Assembly: GCA_035715245.1 (NCBI GenBank)
Contig: DASTLG010000023.1
Location: 1 to 26,582, forward strand
Source: Patescibacteria group bacterium
GTDB lineage: Bacteria > Patescibacteriota > Patescibacteriia > 2-12-FULL-60-25
Direction: 5' to 3'
Length of the DNA stretch: 26,582 nt
Below the pieces are notes generated by a model. It was not told the origin of the DNA and did no database searches. It was given only the letters and a program-made list of their open reading frames with translations. Below, piece by piece: positions 1 through 6,300 of the stretch. The translations under genes and the position numbers were made by a program. Within the stretch, counting starts at the first letter, position 1; each line of letters starts with the position of its first letter.

Positions 1-2
1 AA

Positions 3-170
3 CCGTTTTTTGATGCGATTCTCACGATGCATAACATCAAACTAACGTACACGATCGCCCCATTCAATTTCACAAATGCCGCCGCTCTCGTCGCTGTTAC
101 TTTTATCCTCGCATACGTTGTCGGCTGGCTCGTCGCCGCTCTCTGGAATTCTCTCGCGAAGAAAAAATAA
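3..170 (+). CDS. 3' end of a small membrane protein (possibly DUF5676-like), truncated at the window edge
   Basis: Not in the ORF track. Frame from position 3 reads PFFDAILTMHNIKLTYTIAPFNFTNAAALVAVTFILAYVVGWLVAALWNSLAKKK*, a hydrophobic helix with a basic end. TAA at 168-170 is followed by a terminator. The family resemblance is from memory only. Confidence 0.6.
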   Translation, partial: PFFDAILTMHNIKLTYTIAPFNFTNAAALVAVTFILAYVVGWLVAALWNSLAKKK

Positions 171-175
171 AAAAG

Positions 176-200
176 AAACCCTCGCTTTGGCGGGGGTTTT
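176..200. terminator. Intrinsic terminator, probably bidirectional, between convergent genes
   Basis: Stem aaaccctcgc/gcgggggttt (10 bp, one G-U) with loop tttg, an A-run upstream and a T-run downstream. Confidence 0.75.
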
Positions 201-216
201 GATTTGACGACGATTT

Positions 217-915
217 TTATCTTCCAGTGGCAAACGTAAAAACATGGACCGCTGGCGCACCAGCGAGAAATAATGCACGAGCCGCTTCCAGTGTTGTTGC
301 GCCTGAGGTGAATACATCATCAATAAGGAGAACTGGATCTTGAATCGGTCCTCGCGGCCGGAAGGCGCCGGCAACGTTTACTGAACGTAATTCATTTCGT
401 TCTAGAAGCGCATTGGACAAACTCGCTCCATTCCGTTCAAGGCAGTGTTCAATCACTCCCCATGGCACCAGTAATTCGTGCACAGCGTCTGCCAAGATGG
501 CCGCATGATCTAAATTTCGAATCCGTGCCCGAACGGGATCAGGCGGAATCGGAACAATAGACATGCGTTCATATCCTGCCCAGGGCCAGGCGCCTAAAAA
601 TTCATCGCGGAAACGAACAAGAATCAATCGAAAGACTTGCTGAAGACAGATTGCGGATTTATATTTAAACGACGTAATAAGCAGTCTCCAGCGCGGATCT
701 GCATACGGTCCCGCGTGAATCACGGACGCGAACGGAAATCGATTTTCGCATGGATGCGTTTCTCTCAAAGAAGATCCGCATTTTGGACAAAACGCATGAC
801 GGAAGATGGGCAGAGATTCTAGGCACGTTCGGCACAGCCAAGCGCCGTCTCGTTCACATCCAAGACAGGTTGGCGGATACAGGAGATCAAGCGCGAATTC
901 CGAAAAAAGAGACAT
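217..915 (-). CDS. comF: ComF family competence protein (zinc ribbon + phosphoribosyltransferase-like domain)
   Basis: N-terminal CxxC motifs (CLGC, CRTC, CPKC), LLITSFKY, IVPIP, and the PRT motif VLLIDDVFTSGAT with a C-terminal FTFATG. Start moved to ATG 915 (MSLFSEFALDLLYPP), which avoids overlap with the upstream gene. Confidence 0.88.
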   Translation of the reverse strand: MSLFSEFALDLLYPPTCLGCERDGAWLCRTCLESLPIFRHAFCPKCGSSLRETHPCENRFPFASVIHAGPYADPRWRLLITSFKYKSAICLQQVFRLILVRFRDEFLGAWPWAGYERMSIVPIPPDPVRARIRNLDHAAILADAVHELLVPWGVIEHCLERNGASLSNALLERNELRSVNVAGAFRPRGPIQDPVLLIDDVFTSGATTLEAARALFLAGAPAVHVFTFATGR

Positions 916-922
916 AGAGAAC

Positions 923-950
923 AAAATCTGCGCTTTTGGCGCAGAATTTT
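923..950 (-). terminator. Hairpin between the T4SS-like operon and comF (possible weak terminator)
   Basis: tctgcgc-ttttg-gcgcaga, 7-bp stem; on the minus strand it is followed by TTTTGTTCTCT. Confidence 0.45.
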
Positions 951-959
951 GAACGCGAT

Positions 960-1559
960 TTATTGAGTAAACGGTTTCCATTCTATGCGGGAAACAAGCC
1001 AAACCGAACCGTTTTGTATCAGCGAAACTGCGGCTTCCTCATACTGGATGGACTGCTCGTCGCCGTTATTCTGTGTTTTCTGCACCTGAACCGCCACGGT
1101 CACCGAACGATGAGAAAGAACCGGAAGACCGTCGGTAATTTTTGCCACCACCGCACGCGTGGTTACGCCGAAATACGTGCCCTGTGCCGGATGGGCAGTA
1201 GCCAGCTGTTTACGCTGGCCTTCTAAAAAAGCCTGGACGCTCGTGACGGCGTCAATTTCCGCGCGCTGAATTGCCAAGAACCCGTCTGCATTCGAATAGC
1301 TTCCGACTCGCGCTGAAAAAAGCATGGCGCGCCGTTTTACCAAATTTTCCAACTCAGCTTCCCGCAGAGCCGTCGGAGACGGGGCCGGCCCGGTTTTTGT
1401 CGAAGTCCCCTGGCTTGGAATAATTTGCGGGCCGCCGCTTGGAACAATGGGCGGAGGCTGTTGAACAAGTTTTTTTCCGCCAAATAACCAGAACAGCACA
1501 ATCAAAATAGCCAGGATCGCTCCAGTAATGAGAAGAATTGCAAGAGTTCTGCGCTGCAT
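960..1559 (-). CDS. Bitopic membrane protein, VirB8/TcpC-like (NTF2-like) candidate; last gene of the T4SS-like operon
   Basis: N-terminal TM helix (LAILLITGAILAILIVLFWLF), Pro-rich linker, then helices followed by beta-strands ending VSLIQNGSVWLVSRIEW; 5-nt gap to virB4. The fold is inferred. Confidence 0.6.
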   Translation of the reverse strand: MQRRTLAILLITGAILAILIVLFWLFGGKKLVQQPPPIVPSGGPQIIPSQGTSTKTGPAPSPTALREAELENLVKRRAMLFSARVGSYSNADGFLAIQRAEIDAVTSVQAFLEGQRKQLATAHPAQGTYFGVTTRAVVAKITDGLPVLSHRSVTVAVQVQKTQNNGDEQSIQYEEAAVSLIQNGSVWLVSRIEWKPFTQ

Positions 1560-1564
1560 AATTT

Positions 1565-3454
1565 TTATTCTTGTGTTTCAGCAAAGGCCTTCTTCTCTGC
1601 TTCGATATTGAGCAGCTGTTCCGGATTGGTCGTCACGATCTGATCTTCGGTATACGAAGCTACGACTTGAATCGCCGCGTGTTTTGCTCCAGCAAAAAAG
1701 ATCCCCTCACCCACCGCCGATTCCAGCAAGAGATATTTTTCCGATTGCGTGAGGAGGAATGTGCGCGCAATCAAATCAATGGACGCCGGCGACTGTTTTA
1801 AGAGCAGCTGAAGCGCACTATTCGTCACAATCGCTTGACCGTATGGAGAAGTTAAAAAATCATTCACATCCTGCGTGATGGTCGTAATACCGAGATAATA
1901 TTTACGGCAGCGCTTTACAAGCGCGTGAATAAATTTCGCCGAGTCCTCCGCCTGCATCAGCCACCATGCTTCATCAATCACCAGGATGCGTTTTTTTCGT
2001 TCAGAACGAACAACGTTCCAAATATAGTTTACAATGGTATAAATCGCGAGCGGACGCAGTTCATCTTCAAGGTCGCGCACGGAAAAGACGACAAACTGAT
2101 TATTCATCTGTACCGTGGTCGGTGAATTCAGCAGTCCGGCAAATGTTCCTTCGGTGTATTTTTTCAGTTTTACAACAAGTTCGGCCGTTCCTTCCATGCC
2201 TTCAAGAATATCCTGAAAATCCTGGAGAATAGGCGGTTCAATGGTTGAAATATCCGCGCCGGGCACAATATCTTTCTTGGCGTAGGTTTCCAAAAGCGCC
2301 CGATCCAGAATCGAATCTTCTGTCGTCGTAACGGTGCCGAGCATGAGCCGAAGCAATCCTTTCAAAGTAATAACCGCGCTCCGAATAATATCTTCAACGT
2401 CGTACGATTCGCTGGTCGGCCGCGGCAAATCAAATGGATTGATTTTTGATCGAGACGAAAGAGAAATGCTGATATAGGTTCCGCCAACCGCATCGGAAAG
2501 ATGTTTATATTCCATTTCCGGATCAATGGCGATGACATCCACGCCAAGCATCATGGAACGGAGAATTTCTAATTTCACCGCATAGCTCTTGCCTGCGCCG
2601 GATGTGGCAAAAATCACGGCATTTGCATTCTGCAGAGAAAAACGATCGAAAATAATCAATGAATTATTATGCCGATTAACGCCGTACAGAATTCCGTTAT
2701 CGCTCGTCAGTTCGGCGGACGTAAACGGAAATGACGACGCGATCGGCGACGTGCTCATGTTAAAGGTGATCTGCAGTTCATCGTTCCCAGACGGCAGGGT
2801 GGAATTAAATCCTTGCTCAGACTGGAAATACGCGCGCCGCGTATAAATCAGCATGGATGCAAACGTGCTCTCGACGCTGTTCGTTACGCGCTCCAGTTCT
2901 TCTTTATCGGTCGAATAAAAAGTGCAGTAAAAGGCAAATTGAAAAAAATGTTCAATCCCCTGCGTTAAATCATCGCGCAGCTGCTCAACATCGCGAAGCG
3001 CCGTCTCCGTGATCGGATCGCGCGGCTTTCCGCTTTCCGCATCCCCAGAAATCTGCGCTTCCAGAATTCCGACCTTCTTTTTCAGCTGTTTCAAAATAAT
3101 ATCGGCCTTAATCGGATAAAAAAACATGGCAATATCCAGCTGGGCGCTCAAATTGATGATTGGTGATGCCCAGCCGACAGAAACATAGCGCGGATACGTG
3201 ACGACAAAAATCGTGCGGCAGAAAACGTCGCCAAGGCGGACAAATGACGGCTCAACCTTCATGGATGCCGGGGCAATCAAATCTTTGATAGTCGCGACGC
3301 CCTTTCGATAAACCCGCTCTTCTTCAAGAGCGGCGCGCTGTTCTTCCGCGAGGCGTTTTAATTCAGCCTGACTCGCGCCTTTTTTTAAGTGCACGCCTTC
3401 TTTAACGATCGCGGCGGCATCAATACTCTTTTTTTGCTCGGGTTCAAAAGCCAT
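1565..3454 (-). CDS. virB4: VirB4/TraE-family T4SS ATPase
   Basis: Walker A ATSGAGKS, IDPEMEY, Walker B ILVIDEAWWL, RKY and TQD motifs; 629 aa; located next to a PrgI gene. Confidence 0.92.
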   Translation of the reverse strand: MAFEPEQKKSIDAAAIVKEGVHLKKGASQAELKRLAEEQRAALEEERVYRKGVATIKDLIAPASMKVEPSFVRLGDVFCRTIFVVTYPRYVSVGWASPIINLSAQLDIAMFFYPIKADIILKQLKKKVGILEAQISGDAESGKPRDPITETALRDVEQLRDDLTQGIEHFFQFAFYCTFYSTDKEELERVTNSVESTFASMLIYTRRAYFQSEQGFNSTLPSGNDELQITFNMSTSPIASSFPFTSAELTSDNGILYGVNRHNNSLIIFDRFSLQNANAVIFATSGAGKSYAVKLEILRSMMLGVDVIAIDPEMEYKHLSDAVGGTYISISLSSRSKINPFDLPRPTSESYDVEDIIRSAVITLKGLLRLMLGTVTTTEDSILDRALLETYAKKDIVPGADISTIEPPILQDFQDILEGMEGTAELVVKLKKYTEGTFAGLLNSPTTVQMNNQFVVFSVRDLEDELRPLAIYTIVNYIWNVVRSERKKRILVIDEAWWLMQAEDSAKFIHALVKRCRKYYLGITTITQDVNDFLTSPYGQAIVTNSALQLLLKQSPASIDLIARTFLLTQSEKYLLLESAVGEGIFFAGAKHAAIQVVASYTEDQIVTTNPEQLLNIEAEKKAFAETQE

Positions 3455-3456
3455 AC

Positions 3457-4137
3457 TTATCCTTCAAGTTGAAGTTCGCCAACTTCCGTGAGCGGCTGAG
3501 TCTGAAGAAGCTCCGGGTTGTAAACGTTGTAGTAAAGTTCGATCAGGCTTTGCGTATCCAGCTGAACGGCATTCAGCGACATGGAAGAAAGTCCGCTCAC
3601 AATTTGATTGACGCGCAATTCAAGATCAAATTTTTGTTTTTTAAATTTTTCTTCGGAAAGATGCACGGCAAGCGACGGAGATAAAATTTCCGCCAGCCGC
3701 TGAAAAAAGTTTTTCCGTTTATCCGTCGCCGGGTTAAGCGGCACGATGACAAAAAAACGCTTCTGCATGATTTCGCCGAGTTTGACAAGCTGTTTTACAA
3801 AATCGCGGTAATCACGAATTTGTTTCTTTAAAAGTTCATTGTTAATTTCCGATTCCCGGCCTTCGAGCTGCTTCACATATCCGTCCACATTCATTTTGCG
3901 CGACTGAATAACGATCTGGATGGGAAAATCAATACCATTTAAAAATGCCATGTACGCCTGAACGATCGCATTCTGCTCATCTACTGACTTCAATGCGAAA
4001 TTGATACTCGAAACAAGCAAGACCGCACGCAAGGTGCCGTCCTTCATAATGACCGTGTCTTCGCGAATTTCGGCAATATCCAGAAATTTTTGCGAAGGCA
4101 CACCAGGCTTTGGTCCAGAAAGCTGTTTGCTCTGCAT
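3457..4137 (-). CDS. T4SS-associated protein resembling a separate VirB4/TraC N-terminal domain
   Basis: 226 aa; DGTLRAVLLVSSINFALKSVDEQNAIVQAYMAFLNGIDFPIQIVIQSR resembles the N-terminal region of Gram-positive-type TraE/VirB4 systems; 2-nt gap to virB4. Confidence 0.65.
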   Translation of the reverse strand: MQSKQLSGPKPGVPSQKFLDIAEIREDTVIMKDGTLRAVLLVSSINFALKSVDEQNAIVQAYMAFLNGIDFPIQIVIQSRKMNVDGYVKQLEGRESEINNELLKKQIRDYRDFVKQLVKLGEIMQKRFFVIVPLNPATDKRKNFFQRLAEILSPSLAVHLSEEKFKKQKFDLELRVNQIVSGLSSMSLNAVQLDTQSLIELYYNVYNPELLQTQPLTEVGELQLEG

Positions 4138-4217
4138 AAAGCTATGATCGGCTGACAGCTTGTTGAATTGTGATTTTGCGTTGTTTCATTTTTTCATTCC
4201 TGATTTCACTTTTTAAA

Positions 4218-4649
4218 TCATTCCTCCATATTATACACCCCGCCCGTATTTACCGTGAGTGCCAAATCTCGCAAACGTGTGGATTCCGGTTTGGTTTTGG
4301 TCTGTTCAGCCTTTACGATTGGCTTTGCGGGTTCCGTTAAATACACGCGCAGTTCTGAATCCGGCAATTCCTTATGCCAAACGCGCAACGGCGGACGGAC
4401 AAACGACTGAAGAAAGTTAATGAAAAAAATATGAAATGGCTGACCGTTAACTTTCACAAAGGCGAACACAGCCGCAATTCCAGCGGTGATCAATGCCGCG
4501 ATAATGAAATACGCAAACCGGAAAATAGCGTATTCGATAAAAATAACGAGCGTGGCCCCGAGGCAGATTAAAAATTGCCGAACGGTAATCGGTCCCAAAA
4601 TCTTGTCCTCATTATCGATAAATTGCGGAACGACGAATTTTTCCGGCAT
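4218..4649 (-). CDS. prgI: PrgI family (VirB3-like) membrane protein
   Basis: FVVPQFIDNEDKILGPITVRQF signature, two TM helices, then KVNGQPFHIF. Confidence 0.85.
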   Translation of the reverse strand: MPEKFVVPQFIDNEDKILGPITVRQFLICLGATLVIFIEYAIFRFAYFIIAALITAGIAAVFAFVKVNGQPFHIFFINFLQSFVRPPLRVWHKELPDSELRVYLTEPAKPIVKAEQTKTKPESTRLRDLALTVNTGGVYNMEE

Positions 4650-4660
4650 AAAAATGACGT

Positions 4661-6298
4661 TTAATATTGCAGTTCTCCATTCAAGGCAATAATGGCCCCG
4701 ATTTCCGCGCTATTCGGCAATTCCGGCTGTTCCTTGCGTTTTTTTTCAACAAGCTCCCCAACCGGAATGCCATTCTTAAAACTTTCTGCCACGAGCTTTA
4801 AATACTGTTCCTGCAGAGGCGACTGACGCCACGCCTCAACGCCTTCCACCCATTTTTCAAATGAATCCGCTTTTAAGGTTTCTAATTTTTGACGAATTTT
4901 ATTCGCGGCCTGCTCCGGATCCGCCGACAATCGACGAAAGGCGGCCATGGTCATCCCAGCAAGCTCTTCTGAGAGCCCGATGAGCCGCGTCGGAGCGCGC
5001 ATACTATCCACCGCAACTCTCGGATTTGATGCCATCGCCGCACTCGAACCCGAAACAGCTACCTGCACACCCTTTTGATTTGCGCCTGCCATCGCATACA
5101 TCACCGCTCGATCCGCAGAAGACGCCTGCCGAGCCGCAATCGTCCGTTTTAAAATTTCTTCCGGTCGGGATTGGAGCTTCTCCGCATACCATTTGGCATG
5201 TTCTTCGCTTTCTCGTTTTTTCCGCTCTTCAATCTTTGCCTGCTGAGTCATCGCCGTTTCCTGAATCGCGCGTTTTTCCTCTTCGACTAATTTACTACGA
5301 TGAGCTTCGTACATTTGTTCGATTATTCCCGCCACTCGATTCGCTTCTTCTGGAGCGAATTCCATTCCGCCGACTTTGGTTTCGCGTAAAAGAATCGCTT
5401 TTATTTGCGCGGCATTCCGGACATCACGTAAACGCGTCGAAATAATATTCCGCATGCGTTTTGCCAGATACGGATCCAGATTGCCGAGATTGAGACTAGC
5501 ATACGTTTCTTCAACTGCCTGATCCAGCGGACCAGATGGAGCCGATGCGGGTGTACGCGCCGCAAGCGCCGCCAGGTCTTCTTCTTCTGTCGTCTGAATT
5601 TCTGGCTTTGAATCACGCGCGGCCTTTGCCGCTTCGGCTTCCCGCATTTCCTGCTGAAGCCAATCCGCATATTCCTGCTCAGAGATAACCTGGGTCGTCG
5701 ATAAAAAATTCTCGCACGTCTCCATAAATACATCCGTCTGCTCGCGAGAAAATCCCAATCCGCCGTCCGCCTGGCTCCGCAAAAGGATTTCTTTGAATTG
5801 TTCGATTGTCCGCACGCCTTTTACATAGGAAACAAGAGCTTCCCGTAATCGCCGGGCCATTTCCTCCTGAAGAATACTAATCTTTGCCAAAGACGCGATA
5901 CGCCGCACAGCGGCTCCGAATGAAACCGGCCGAAGTGTCACGCGCGGAACGCTTTGGATATCTGCAAGAGTCATTCCAAGTTCTTGAAGGCGCGCTTCTA
6001 CATCCCAATACACCAAGTCCGCAAGCGGAAGAATAACCGCCAGAAGAATGGCCCGCTCAACTTCTTCCGACTTTCGATCACCCGCCAGCCGGCGGAGTTT
6101 CTCTTTGAAGTCTTCGATGGATAATTGCTCGAATAAAACCTCCCACACCACATCCATCACGCGTTCCCAGGCATCATGCTCGTATGCTAATTGTTTTTGT
6201 GCCGCGGCCTCATTCCGTTCAGACAAATCGCTCAAAAAATACTCCTGAACAGGTTCAGGCGCCGCATGAAAATACGCCATCCAGGTTTTACTATCCAT
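4661..6298 (-). CDS. Hypothetical soluble helical/coiled-coil protein with an internal duplicated domain, inside the T4SS-like operon
   Basis: 545 aa, no obvious TM segment; 2-nt and 11-nt gaps to its neighbours; two copies of an R.R....S/T...VR...Q.K.ILLR....GG..F..E motif. Confidence 0.8.
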   Translation of the reverse strand: MDSKTWMAYFHAAPEPVQEYFLSDLSERNEAAAQKQLAYEHDAWERVMDVVWEVLFEQLSIEDFKEKLRRLAGDRKSEEVERAILLAVILPLADLVYWDVEARLQELGMTLADIQSVPRVTLRPVSFGAAVRRIASLAKISILQEEMARRLREALVSYVKGVRTIEQFKEILLRSQADGGLGFSREQTDVFMETCENFLSTTQVISEQEYADWLQQEMREAEAAKAARDSKPEIQTTEEEDLAALAARTPASAPSGPLDQAVEETYASLNLGNLDPYLAKRMRNIISTRLRDVRNAAQIKAILLRETKVGGMEFAPEEANRVAGIIEQMYEAHRSKLVEEEKRAIQETAMTQQAKIEERKKRESEEHAKWYAEKLQSRPEEILKRTIAARQASSADRAVMYAMAGANQKGVQVAVSGSSAAMASNPRVAVDSMRAPTRLIGLSEELAGMTMAAFRRLSADPEQAANKIRQKLETLKADSFEKWVEGVEAWRQSPLQEQYLKLVAESFKNGIPVGELVEKKRKEQPELPNSAEIGAIIALNGELQY

Positions 6299-6300
6299 AC

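Noticed and set aside
42-374. 110-aa minus-strand ORF and the many other 60-150 aa track ORFs overlapping called genes
   Set aside because: Alternate-frame or antisense by-products with no motif, SD or operon support.
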